From Botryllus schlosseri (Eukaryota): 64,000 nt of DNA. The position numbers and the translations under genes were made by a program. A model generated the notes under the pieces. That model searched no databases, was not told the origin of the DNA, and was given only the letters and a program-made list of their open reading frames with translations. Positions 9,129-21,721 of this stretch are shown here, piece after piece (within the stretch, counting starts at the first letter, position 1; each line of letters opens with the position of its first letter). The stretch spans positions 28,954,001-29,018,000 of the forward strand of contig CM119377.1 of NCBI GenBank assembly GCA_051294905.1, read 5' to 3'.

Positions 9129-11034
9129 CAGTGGTTCCCAAAGTGGGCGCCAGCGCCCCCCCCCCCCCGGGGGCGTTCGCGAGTGTGGAGGGGGCGCTGA
9201 CCATGAAATAGGCGATTTGGGGGCGCTGGCTAGAAATTTTGGCGGTAGGGGGGCGCTGAGAGCAAATGCGGGCGGTGTAGGTTTAGGAGTCAACGGCTGC
9301 GTATAGTGTAGAAACGATTGATTAATAAAGAGGCTATATTCGCAGCACCGGAAAAGTCCATTGTTACTTGACAATGTTATTCCTGCTCATCAATGGACTA
9401 ATTTTGCAGTCGGCAGCATACCCGAAAAGCGTGGTTCATTTGGTGCTGCAGTGAGAACTACGAAGTATATTTGAGCAGTTATTGCTCACTGCAAGATGTG
9501 ATGGCTTTTCATGAGATTTTATAATCTGTTTCAAACGATCGTGGAATTTCAACAGCGCTGTCACCGTGGCCATCGACACGGCTTTCTGGTTGCGAGAAAT
9601 GACATCACTTTTACTTGATGGTCGTATTCCTCAAAATTTGAAGGTGTAGAATACATCCATTCATATGGTATTGATGAAACCTGATAAACGTGAACATGGT
9701 ACTGTCCGTATTCGCTGACAAGTCAAATAATTTACCAGAATTTCGCGACACGTCAACTGTTCTAATTCTCAAGCTTAGCTATGAGCTACCGGTTCTGCCC
9801 TAACACCTGATTTTGATAGAGAAACATGGATAAATCATCTCACAATAGTAATCTATGATGGTGATTTGGTTCCACGATACGTTCCAATTAGAAATTCCTC
9901 ACCGGATAATCAATCCGTTCTGTGAAGTGTCCAGGCATGAAATGTTTGAGCCACTGATTACGTTGCAGTCAGGGTTACCATACGTCCACTTTTAAGAGGA
10001 TTTATCCTATTTACCTTTTTTTTTAAGTGTCCGCGGAGGAAAGGAAAGGACGTAGTTTATTTTTGTCCTTGATTTTTGCGGCATATACACCGACTCGTGA
10101 TACACATACACACGATCTGTGCATATGCATATACCATTTGTGCATGATGTGCATATGCCGCTGGACAAGGAAGTGCAGATATAGCCTTTACGGCTTTCCA
10201 AATCAAGCAGTAATGCATGAGCGCCAAGCAGGGAAGTAAGGAAGTCATGGATACCAGTTTTACTAAACAGGTCTTTGGTCTGACCCGGCCGGGGATCGAA
10301 GCCACGACCTACCGATCAAGAAGCCGAACGCTTCACCATTACGCTATCTTGCCTAAATGTCCTCTTTCCTGAGAATTGTTCCTCTTCTTTGAAATTTTGT
10401 CTCAAATGTACGTGGAAATTGAACTGAGGTATAGGAAATCAGCACCCGAGTAGGTCTGGCGGGATTTTCGTAACCTGAGCCAGAAAGATAACCTTTTAAT
10501 ATAGTCAACTGGCCACAAACTCTGGAAAATTTACCATTTTTTCCGGATTTTACTCCATCATTGTTAGTCCGAAAATTTTGAAAAAGCGTCATCTTTCCAG
10601 ATTCTCAAAATTTGATAACCCTAATTGTAGTGTAGAACAATTTTGGATTCAACCAAAAGTCCAGTATCTCCAATCAATCGTTCTGGGTACACAATTGAAT
10701 GAAAAATAAACACTCTCACTGAGGTCGGTTTGACTTTCTCGTCGTTGCCATTCCCCGCCCATATTTGATAGAACGTGTTTTCACGGCGACGCGTCCCAGT
10801 TTCTGACTCACAGCAGAAACCGATTTGCCAGTAGGCCTACATGAAGTGAACACTGGAGATTTTAGACCGATCAAACTTGAACCCAATATGACGAGAATGA
10901 TGATATTATTAGCAGTACTAAATGCAGATCAAGTTTCGTTTTATGATTTGGCGTGGTGAGGGGGGTGTCGGTAGGCGGTGGCACTTAATTCGCTGCCAGG
11001 GGGGCGGTAGCTCAAAAAAGTTTGGGAGACACTG
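9129..11034. mobile_element. Non-autonomous hAT (Charlie-like) element
   Basis: TIRs CAGTGGTTCCCAAA / TTTGGGAGACACTG; 8-bp TSD TACTAGAC (9121-9128, 11035-11042). Confidence 0.85.
10170..10353 (-). mobile_element. tRNA-derived SINE fragment inside the hAT MITE
   Basis: Minus strand shows an A-box TAGCGTAATGG and a B-box-like GCTTCGATCCCC, followed by a GTCAGACCAAAGAC..CTTCCCTGCTTGGCGCTCA body typical of invertebrate SINEs. Confidence 0.5.
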
Positions 11035-11465
11035 TACTAGACGACCCGTCTTTAACACGGAAAGTAAAATACAAAGCCGTAACTTAATTACTGCTCCTGC
11101 AATCATTGGAGTGTTTAGTCGTGAAGAGACTGCTGTCACGATATGTAGTCGATGTAATCTGAAAAAAAATTGTGAACAGCCAGCCCTAATCTGGCCACAC
11201 ACATCGGCGCAAGAGAAACTTGTCGCTGCAAAGCAGTGGTTATCGGTCCGGGTCTCGCCGGCCTGTAGAAAGCAGCTGTTTTCAGTTCCCCGTAACGAGG
11301 GTTATCGCGAACAAACGACTCGAATACACATCTTCGGCGGCGATGTCAGTTACGCTCTCAAAAAGAGTCTGTAACACGTCTCCTGATCGTAGTGTCGCGT
11401 AAATCAGTCACGCTGCTGGATGTTGTCGACACGACGGAATCGCCAACGACGGTGTACAGATTGAA

Positions 11466-12721
11466 TTTATTTGTATCGACATTTTATAGCAATTCTGCCC
11501 GGTGTGTAATTCTCAATTGATACCTGTCTATATCCGTTAAGGATATTTGTACCTCGGTGATATATCAAGGTGATCTCCTTGATCGTACCACATTGGTAGC
11601 TGGTAAATTTCTTCCGGATTTCGGCTTCCTCCACTTCTGTCGGGACCGCTCTAATATTTATTTTAAACGTGGGAAGTCTGGGTTGTTCGATGTGTATTGT
11701 ACCTTTTTCCGTGACAATCCCGTTGTGTGTTGTGTCCAGAAAGATCCTTTTCAGTCTTTCTATCGGTGCGTCGGCAGGATACGTTAGATTGTAAGTGTTC
11801 CTGCCTAATTGGAACAAAGAAAGGATGTTGTCTTTGTGTTCAGCGAGTGTTCAGTGCGTTCTTATTGCATCTATGACCTCAATCGCTGTTATCTCTGTTG
11901 GTGTGAGCAAGCCCAAGGATCTAGGTCTGAGGCCATAAGTGACCCTTCGATTGTTCATACCTTGCAGCGCGTGTGAGTATGCCATGTCTGTTGTAAGTGT
12001 ATGTTAGTTCCTGTTAGAGCCAGGCAACTGCTGGCGTCTGGTTTCTGTGTTCGTTCCCAAATACTTGTATCTGCGGCGATAGTTCCTGCTGTGCTGTGTA
12101 GTTGTTGGTTTGCTGCTCTGTGCTAGGCAGGCCGCTATCGATTTGTTGTTTCTCGTAGCCTATATACTGCTGCGCTGTTGTAAACTGCGTTGTTTAGCGG
12201 TGCTTTAGAAGCATTGTGAAGGTTTTTAAAAGGCGTTTCTGCGCGCTTTGTTAGAAAGATACTGCAGTTTCTGGTTTCGCTGGCCGATCGTACGAGCACC
12301 GTCCAGACGGTTTCGTAGCGCGTTAGTAATTTAGGTAGGGAAGCCAGACAAGTCTCTCGACGTCTCGAGCGAGACGCGCGAGAGAGGAGAAAGTGGAGAC
12401 TTGACTCTCTAAAGAAAAGACTCAACGAGTCCTGACTCGAGAGAGAGAGTCAAGACTAGAAGAGGTAGAGAAAAGACTCACCAAGACTCGACCCGCGAAG
12501 AGGAGTCAAGTCCTGCGGAGGTAGAGGGTTTGAGTCAAAAGGTGACTCGAAGTGGAAGTTCGGCGACGAAAAGAAGGAAATGGAAGTAAGTATGTTAGCC
12601 TATGTAAGTCAAAAAAGATAACTAGTAATTACGGTTAGGGTAAGACTAGACTACTGTCTCAGCGGCACCGGATCTCCTTGTTGCACCTGAAAAAGCCGTT
12701 AGTATACTCACGCGTTGCTAC
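11466..12721 (-). mobile_element. E4: 5' portion of an E1-family LINE (5' UTR + partial ORF1), 3' part missing
   Basis: Starts GTAGCAACGCGTGAGTAT, homologous to E1 directly after the SL. Has the GACTC hairpin array. ORF1 MAYSHA..TYGLRPRS starts near 11985 and matches E1 ORF1. Confidence 0.85.
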
Positions 12722-12945
12722 TTTTTTTGGGGGGGGCTTTCCGTATTCGCTGCCTTTGTTCGACCCTCTTTTAGATGTAGGGTCGCTTCCAGGTCAGGAT
12801 TTTTATTACACATTATTTATTAACTCAGGATTTTTATTACACATTATTTATTAACTAAGGTGACTGGTTTGAAATTAATATAACTTTTTGTTTTTGATTT
12901 TCATGCCGTTTAGTATGCCCGAGCTCTCAAGGGAGTGCGAAGGCA

Positions 12946-13172
12946 CATACCTTACTGCAACACAACACTCCAATGGCCAGGATGGGTGGGTTTCTCATTT
13001 TGCCTCTTTCGGACAAAGGCTGCCCACAAGAGAGTACGAAGCTACATACCTTACTGCAACACAACACTCCAATGGCCAGGATGGGTGGGTTTCTCATTTT
13101 GCCTCTTTCGGACAAAGGCTGCCCACAAGAGAGTACGAAGCTACATACCTTACCACAACCAAATACTCCAAT
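12946..13172 (-). repeat. 99-bp tandem repeat in the E3 3' UTR, each unit carrying an SL-like exon + GT donor
   Basis: Exon-like copies 13149-13172 (ATTGGAGTATTTGGTTGTGGTAAG, 22/24), 13050-13073 and 12951-12974 (ATTGGAGTGTTGTGTTGCAGTAAG). Each is followed by GTATGT. Confidence 0.8.
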
Positions 13173-13339
13173 AGGTGGAGTGGGTAGGTTTTGCATGTTT
13201 CTGCTTGTGGACCAAAGGCTGTTCACCCGCCGCGAGCAGGTCAGAGGTTTTTGTTCGGCCCCTCCCCTGAAGGGATTTTAGCCATTTTTCTTTCTTAGGT
13301 TGTTGTTGGGTTAAACAAACTTTCATTTGGAACCCAACT

Positions 13340-15420
13340 TGATTAGGGGTTTTAAGATATTTCCTGCAAAATCTTGTTATTTAGGTTTTGTAACTCATTA
13401 CAGAGGAGAGTTTTGTTTGAGAGTCTCTTTTTTGCTGTTGTTGCGATTCTGTTGTATATGTTTTTTGTCAAATTGGCTTTATCGTATTCATTTTCGATGG
13501 TTCGGTCTAATACAAGTCGATGTTTGAGCATTTGGGTTTTATACATTGTGATTATGAGTCTTGATTGTTTTTGGTTGGTTTCAGTAGGTTTTGCGTAAAG
13601 TATGTTGTCTCTCTGTAGTGATGTTTTCTTCCCGTTTTTCCGCAAGAGATTTTCGAGGAGGGCGAGGATTGGATATCTGGCGCCCCGGGACTGAACATTT
13701 TTGTGATGGTCCGATTACGTGCGTCATTGATTCTTTGATCCTGTTGGCCAGGATTTTTGCCATAATTTCATAGTCGCAGTTGGAAAGCGATATAGGACGC
13801 CAGTTATCCAGGCGTTTCATGTCTCCTTTTTTGGGGATTAATATCACATGCGATTCGCCCCAAGTTTCTGGTGTATTTGTGAAGCATAACGCGCTATTGT
13901 AAATTTCTGAGAGACTGTTCTTAAGAGTTTCAAAAAAAGCGGTATAGAATTCTGGCGAAAGGCCATCTGGTCCCGGTGTCGTAGATGTTTTTTGCGAGCG
14001 TAGTGCCGTTTTTATTTCCTCCTCGGTTATTACTTGATCTTGTAGTTCTTGTTGCTCCCGCGGGATTTGTTTTTCAAGGTCTTGAACCATGTTGTCGATG
14101 CTTCCTTCGGGTGCGCTGTGCGCGATGCCCCAGAGGTTATGGTAATAGTTGCGTGCGTGTGTGAGGATGTTATTTTTTCCACGTATTGGCTCTTTGTTGT
14201 TGTCGGTGAGCTCCGTGATACTTTTTTCTTTTTGTTTCATTCTCAGTTGATCGTAGAACTGTTTCGCTGGTTTTTCTTGATCTTCCATACTGTTTTTATA
14301 TTCCGACTCCACTAAGAAGTCTATTTTTGCCTTTTCAAGGGCTTTTAGTTCCTTGATTAGCTTATTTCTCATATCATTTGATATGTTTGGGTTCTGTAGT
14401 GATTTCTTTCTTTGGTTTGTTTCTTGTGTTTCTTTTTGTTTTTTCTCTATGCCGTATTGGATTGACGTTATTCTGATTTTGTTTTTCAAGGCGTCCCACC
14501 ATTGCCCTATGTTTGGATAGAATGCTTTCTCTAGTTCGAAGAGTTTGATCTCGTTGCGTATGATAGCTCTGTATTCCTGGTGTTCAAGGTGGGCTGCGTT
14601 ATTTTTCCAGCTGCCTTTGCCCCACTTTTCCAAGTGTTTTGATTTTAGATGCAGTTCCACATAGTGCGTATGGTCCGAGATTGGATTGACCTTGTAGGCT
14701 ATGTTCTTTACATCACTTACCAGTTCTTTCCCTGTGTAGATTCGGTCTACTCTTCGCTTGTTTTTTGGCGAGTTCGACATGTACACTTTTGTGCTTGGAA
14801 AGTTCCATCGGTATATGGCTATGACGTTGTTAGTTTTTGTGTATTGCTTCCAGACGGTCGATGCTGGAACTTCGGTAAAAGCGTCTGGGCGCTCAACGTC
14901 TATCGCTTTTGTTACGATATTAAAATCGCCTAGGATGATCCGTACGTTCGTGCGTCTTGGTTTTCTAGTTTGCTCACCACATCCTTATAGAAGTCTAGTT
15001 GTTTGTATTTGCCCGATGGTGGACCATACACATTGGTAATTGCTATCGACTCTTCGCGTTCTAGGTGTATAATTAATTGTTGTGCGCGATGTGTCGTGAT
15101 GATCTCGTGCTGTACGTCAGAGTTGTCAGGGAGCCAGCTTTCCTCAACAAGTATTGCTGTTCCCTGATAGTAGTGCTTGGGGTCCTCCTCGTCTTGCGGC
15201 CTCCACTCACCTCCACTCGTCATCCCTATCTAACGCATTAAGGTATATCTTGTATCCCAAGTTTGTTGCCCAAGTCGTGAGTTGGTGCGTTGTGACTTTA
15301 TGGGTTTCTTGTATACATAGAATGTTGAAGTTTTTTGTTTTAACAAATATGTGGAAACTATTCCAGTGTGCTTGTATTCCATTTATATTTATTGTCGCAA
15401 TGGTTGTTGGTGGAACGCCG
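13340..15420 (-). pseudogene. E3 ORF2 (endonuclease and N-terminal RT), deleted in the RT
   Basis: LCIQETH, GDFN, VDRIY, TPGPDG and NWRPISLSN motifs; the 401-aa ORF 14786-13581 then jumps to C-terminal sequence. Confidence 0.85.
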
Positions 15421-15612
15421 AATTTGTTATTTGAAGAGGTTTTGCAGGTCCTTGTCTGCCACTCCTTGCCTGCGTTGTTTACTCATTGGCTTTGGAGGAA
15501 CTGCTGGTCTGTTCCTGTTTATTTGGACGTTTTCCTCCGAACTGTTACTCCTATTTCTTTTAATAGGTGATGATTGCAGATTTCGGAGGTTGTCTAACGA
15601 TACCCTGTAGGG

Positions 15613-16779
15613 CAGGGGTGGGCAAACTTTTGAGCTCGCGGGCCGCATTCAACATCTGAATCCATTCGCGGGCCGCACTATATAAAATGGGAATATAAGT
15701 CAAAATGCAATATTGGTATTTGATTATATAGTGAGGACATGCAGATAACATATGTGCTTATTTAAAACAAAACAAACAGTGCTTTGATGATATCGTACAC
15801 GGGTCAGAAAGATAGTGGCGAGATTTTATAGGCTGGCCGACTTCAATAACCAATTTGTCAAAACTATAGAGATGAAAGTCGGTTGTTCCGATTCTTAGAA
15901 CAGGATTAAAATTTAAATCTGTGAGCAGCGATCTGTTCATAGATTTACTAATTTCACTTATGGTTCAGTTCCTGGACACACAATGCTCACAGAATCATAA
16001 CTATGTTAGCTTCAAACACGCTTTTACTTTGTGTAGATAAAATATAAATGCCCCAAGTCTACGCATAAAGAGAACGAATCTACTCAATACACGCGCGAAT
16101 CGGTTTGTATAAGCACATCACTGATATAATTAAAACAGGAGTGGTCAATCTGAAATCCCACTCGTGATCCGAATTATGTCAATCTCGTTTAGGATTTCTG
16201 TGATGTTAGCAGTTGAAACCTTTCGAACGGTGTGGGCCTTGAGATCGGGCTGTGGCGCCCGAAATTGAACATAAAAAATAATATAGGAAGTATTTACCTT
16301 AGAACAGTGGTTCTCAAACTTTTTAAGACACGTCCCCCCACCTTATGATGGTGAAAGATTTGGCGCCCCCTTATCGTCATATCACAAAACGCAACCAGAT
16401 TGCTAGCAACCTAACGGATAGTTTGATGGCATGGAAGGTTAATGGATGAGAGATTTTTAAATGTGAAATTGCGACAAAATACAGAATAACAATTATGAAA
16501 CCGCTGGTAAATCGCGCGGAGCGCGAAAAATTTTTTCAGTTGAGCTCAGATTCGCGCCCCACTTCTGATGCTTTCACGCACCCCAGTTTAAGAACCACTG
16601 TCTTAGAATTATCATGGTGAAATACACTAAGAAATAGTTTAATCAAGTCCCTGCACTATATTGATTTTTAGTACGCATTCTATCAATATTTTTATAAAGT
16701 TTCTTTAGACTCTCGCGGGCCGCACAGAACGATGTTGCGGGCCGCATGCGGCCCGCGGGCCGTAGTTTGCCCACTCCTG
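15613..16779. mobile_element. hAT MITE in E3 ORF1
   Basis: TIRs CAGGGGTGGGCAAAC / GTTTGCCCACTCCTG; TSD CTGTAGGG (15605-15612, 16780-16787). Confidence 0.85.
16305..16600. mobile_element. Small hAT MITE nested in the previous MITE
   Basis: TIRs CAGTGGTTCT / AGAACCACTG; TSD (C/T)CTTAGAA. Confidence 0.8.
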
Positions 16780-16799
16780 CTGTAGGGTATGGGGTTTGA

Positions 16800-17854
16800 C
16801 AAGGATTTTCGCCTTGATCGTAAGGCTGGCGAAGTTGGGGTAGGTATCTTCGTGCTTTCCTGGAAGGTGTTGGGATATATCTTCCCACATCGATTCCGCC
16901 AACGTATCTCCTACCAAGTGTGTGCTTTTATCGATAGTGTTTCTAGGGTTTTTGGTTTTACTATCATCACTGTCAGGTGTTTCCTGGATTTTGAGTTCAC
17001 CTGGAGTGTTTTCTTCGCTTTCTTCTTCCGTGCTGTCATTGCTTTGTTGTTCTTTGTTTTCTTCGTCAGATCTGTTTATTATACATTCGTTGCCATCACT
17101 TTCGTGTGTTTTTTCTTCTTCTTCTTCTTCGTGCATTTGTTCGTTGTTATTTTCAGTGGTGTTATGTATTTTCGCTTCAATTACGATTTTGTTGTGCTGC
17201 TCCTCAATTGTAGGATAGTTTTCCTTCAATTGTGGGCAGACTACTCTTTTATGGCCTGTCTGTTGACAGTGAAGACATCTCAAGTCGTTGTTACAATTTC
17301 TAGCGATGTGTCCGTGCTGTAGGCACGTTACATATCGCTACTGTTTGTTCTCCCGGTGGAAGAAAAACTTTGCAGTTAAAACCGCGTATCTTGAGATACT
17401 GCGGTAGCCTGCCTGCTTTGTAATCAGCAATGAGCACTTTTCTGTACCCATTGTGATACTGTGTTTTGCTGTGGTTCACTCGTAATACTTTGATCACTTT
17501 GCCGCACTGTTATAGGGCTAGTAGAATTGCTATTTCAGAATCCGTCGCTTCCGTTGGGACGGCGCGTATGTTTATAATTTACAGAGGCTCACTAGCGTCT
17601 TTGATTCTTAGGGTGCCATTGGCTGATGGTATGCCATTCTGGCACGCTGTGAGTATGTTATTCGTAATGGTTTGTGCATCCGGTGTATCTTTAACTGTAA
17701 TAATAAAGGTTTCGTAGCCAATTTGGTACATGGAATCTATATTATCCAATAGAGACTGCAAAGGCTCATACGCTAGTACGGCTTGAAAGACCTCGCTTCC
17801 TTGCGTATTGTTCGGGATTTCCACGTCTAGCGAGCGTGGTCGCTGTCTTTTCAT
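16800..17854 (-). pseudogene. E3 ORF1 main part (continues to ~15430 beyond the MITE)
   Basis: MKRQRPRSLDV N-terminus, YHNGYRKV and CLHCQQTGHKRVVC knuckle. Confidence 0.8.
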
Positions 17855-18813
17855 GTTGTAGTTGTGGAAGGAAACTATTGTTTAGTAGAATACGCTTCTG
17901 TACCTGACTGCTGGCTTGTTTCTACACTGTTTTGGCGTCGGTGTAGAGATGCTGTAGAGCGTTTTCTAGAGCGTTTTTCCGCGCTTTGCTGAAAGCGAAA
18001 CCGTAGTTTCGGTCTGCGAAGGATCGTACGATGACTGTCTACACCAGTGGTTCCCAACCTTTTACGGTATTGGGGCCAAATTTAGAATTTCAGAGTACGG
18101 TCGGGGCCGCACGAATACCAGGGCAATGAAACGGACCCAAAATAGTCATCAAAAAATGAAAATTGGCAATGTTCCGATCAATCGATCGAAGCCATTGGCC
18201 ATTGTTATGGTCATTGTGTCGCTGCGCTGCCATTAGAACAATCGACCTTTGGTGGTAATTTCGGAGCAGTTTTATTGCCCTGGCGAGATTTCAATTCGTA
18301 TTTTTGGAATCAGTACGACAGTAGCTTTCAAATTATTCGGACGATTGGGTCGTGCGCTGTAGGCTGCTTTTGGGGCCGTTTAGTCAGTCCGGTTTTATTA
18401 GCTAAACGCGCTAAGCGCGAAAATTTTCTGTAATTCATAATTGAATCCGTCAATATGATTGGGAATCGCATATATATTGCTATCAATTTTTATCCTCTCT
18501 CTACTCACGTAATCAGTTTCAAAGGTAGGGCCGAGGGAGGTGTGTTTAAAAGGGTATGGGACCCCTCAATAATAATTAAACATCTCCGGGCGTATATCCG
18601 TTGGCAGGAATGAAAGAGCACTTCGTGAGCCTCTCTTCTCCAGAAAAAACTATGGTCTCGGGCTCCCATAGGGTGAAAAACCTGCCCCTGTCACCTTGTT
18701 CGCTTTATCACGAAATTAGCTGCACCGTTTAGTGAGCCAGCGCGAAGCGCGAAATTTTCGATAATTTATGATAAAATCGGTCAATATTATTGGGAACTGC
18801 ATATATATTGCTA

Positions 18814-21721
18814 CCGTAAACCGGGGTAACTTTGGACTTAAGGGTAACTTTGGACAGTAAGCAGTAAAAGATTTAATTGGTTATTGATGGAAATGTGTTG
18901 CTGCTGGAAGTCTAATTCTTTTTCAGGGGGAGAAGGTACCACAAGTAATTTCAAGAAAAGGTGGATTAATATCCCAACTGGATAAACTTGACCCGTCGTT
19001 GATGAATTAACGGCAGGGGTCAATTTCTGCAAAATTGATGGTCACCATACTTCTTACCACCAAACATTGAAGACATGTGAGCCATATATTCAAAAGTTGG
19101 CAGCAGAAGGCTGTTAGCTCTCCAAAGCCACACAACAAAGCTCAGTGGGATCTGCCTTGGATTGATATCTGATATGGTCATGTCCAAAGTTGCTCCCAGG
19201 GGGCAACTTTGGACAGTTTACAATAAGTGTTCAAACTCAGGTATTGGTGTTGCTTTATCTTCATTCAGGTGCATTCTCAACTATTTTCAGATCTTAGCAA
19301 TGGTGCGCAAGTACAAGGCTAGTGTAGGTGCTAGACCTTATCAGAATTATTCCAAAAGTCAATTGGAGAAGGCAATTGATGCATGCAAGGCAGGTTCATC
19401 AATAAGAAGGGCCTGTGAGAAGTATGGAGTAAGGAGAGGAACATTGAACAATAGACTCAGAAGTCTTCATGGACTGCCGCAAGGTCGACCTAGAGCCCTT
19501 TCAGATGTAGAAGAGAGAGCTATTATCAATCACTTGTTGGTCATGAGCAGTTGGGGGTTTCCTTTTGACATGTATGAAGTGCGGAGGTTAGTAAAACTCT
19601 ATCTCGACAAAACCGGTAGAAATCTTGCACTGTTCAAAAACAACCTTCCTGGCGAAGAGTGGCTGAAGGGATTTTTAAGGAGAAATGAAAGAGTAATTGG
19701 ACTGAGAGTTTGCCAAAATATAAAGAGGAACAGGGCTGCCATAAGCAGAGAGATTATAACCAACTATTTTGAAAATTTAACAACAACCTTGAAAGACGTG
19801 CCACCTGAAAATATAATTACGATGAAACAAATTTATCTGATGATCCAGGAAAGAAGAAGTGTGTATTTGAAAGAGGAGTAAAGTATCCTGAAAGAGTGAT
19901 AAACCACTCAAAATCTGCGACAAGTTTGATGTTTGCTGGGACCGCCAGTGGGGTAATCTTGCCACCATATGTTGTATACAAGTCTGAACATTTATGGACA
20001 ACATGGATGCAAGGTGGGCCAAAAGGGACACGTTACAACAGATCAAGAAGTGGGTGGTTTGATGGCTGTTGTTTTGAAGATTGGTTTATGAGTTTAGTAT
20101 TGCCGCATTGCAGAAAATTACCTGGGAAAAAAGTTCTCATTGGTGACAACTTGTCTAGCCACATTTCTGCCGAGGTGATAAAAAAATGTGAAGATAATAA
20201 CATTGCATTTGTTTGTCTACCCCCCAATAGTACACACCTTTGCCAGCCACTTGATGTGTCATACTTCAGATCTCTGAAGCAAAACTGGCGAAAAATTATA
20301 TTGGAGTGGAAATCTGGATCAGGACGTAAATTCACCATACTGCCTAAAGATTGCTTCCCTGTACTTTTAAAAAAATTGGTCAATGCAATGAAAGCCTCTT
20401 CAAAAGCCACATTGCAAAGTGGCTTCAAAAAGACTGGAATTTTCCCATTTCATCCTCAGGAAGTAATAAAAAGGATTCCAGATGACACAGGAGATCAGGG
20501 TGACCTTTTTGAGACATCACAACTGGTTTCTAGCACTGTAATTGACATTCTATCAGCTGCAAGGTTCAATCAGGACACTACCAAGAAGAAGCGGAAATCA
20601 AGAATCAGTGTTACTCCTGGAAAGGGTGTTACTCCAGAAATTTTAGATTCCGATGATCAGCCAGGACCGAGCGGATTGAGAATGACAACGAGATTATCGC
20701 CCCAGGAAGCGGACAGTGCCTTGGTGATTGAATTTAATGATCATAGCGAACAAGAAGATATGATCATGACTGGTGATGATGACGAGAGATCTGCAAGAGA
20801 AGACAAAGAACAGATTAGAAGAGGGGCGTGGGTTTTGACCTCTTTTTCTGCAAGGAAAAAGACCAAGTATTTCATTGGAGAAGTAATTGCGGTTTTGGAT
20901 GGCGAGCCGGAAGATGGTGATCTGATTGTTTCCTTTCTGGAAAGGCGGGGTAAAACTTATGAATTTTGCTGGCCAGCTATTAAAGATGTAGCAAACATCG
21001 ACTTACAACAAGTTGTAAAAACGCTGGGTGTACCCACAGATGTAATTCGGGGTAATTTGCTGCGTCAACAGGGTGCATTAACCTTCTCCGATCACCTTGA
21101 AGACTTTTGGGATAATTTGAGGGATCCACCTGCAGGATAGGCCTAGAATATTTCGTTCCATTTTCAGACACTTTTCTTTGCAACTTTCTGTAATAAATGA
21201 TGGGTTTTGAAACCTGAACTCTTTCAAAAAAGCCTCAATTGGTGGGATAATGATGTGAAGTTTATTATAAAGATTAAAACAGGAATTGGCACAACTGCAA
21301 CGCAACATGAAAAGTCGACCTCTCTCTCCACCATCGCATGTGATGTGCCGAATAATTGTACACTTCCGTCTGCCTAAACTCAAATCAACACGTAAGCAAT
21401 CAGTCAATCTCACGTGTGATACTCAGAAGCCGAGACAACACTAAGCAGGAGCTACACAAAGGCACAGTAATTTAGGCACGAGGAAATAAAGTAAAATTCT
21501 AACCCTGTCCAAAGTTACCCCACATGCAGGGGTAACTTTGGACAGAGGAAAAACAAAAAAAAAAGGTACTTATTTGTGAAAATGAAGTTTTGAGTAAAGC
21601 TAATTCGAATCTTCAATTCATGACACAAAAAGTACAAAAAAAATATTCCCCCTGGAGACTGGTATAAAAAAATTATCAAGCAAAGTTCGAAAAAATTGTC
21701 CAAAGTTACCCCGGTTTACGG
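18814..21721 (+). mobile_element. pogo/Tigger-like DNA transposon
   Basis: Perfect 24-bp TIR CCGTAAACCGGGGTAACTTTGGAC and TA TSD. Subterminal TIR-like repeats occur near 19185-19215 and 21505-21545. Confidence 0.92.
19300..21140 (+). pseudogene. pogo transposase (HTH + CENP-B-like HTH + DDE_1), one frameshift near 19820
   Basis: SIRRACEKYGV HTH, LIGDNLSSH and QPLDV catalytic-region motifs; the frame breaks at the expected NYDETN segment. Confidence 0.85.

Noticed and set aside
12946-13172. 99-bp, 79-bp and 29-bp repeats as CRISPR arrays
   Set aside because: There are no unique spacers and no cas genes, and the context is eukaryotic.
16789-17322. Hydrophobic antisense ORFs (also 26350-26862, 40443-40895) as membrane proteins
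   Set aside because: They are shadows of A-rich LINE coding strands.
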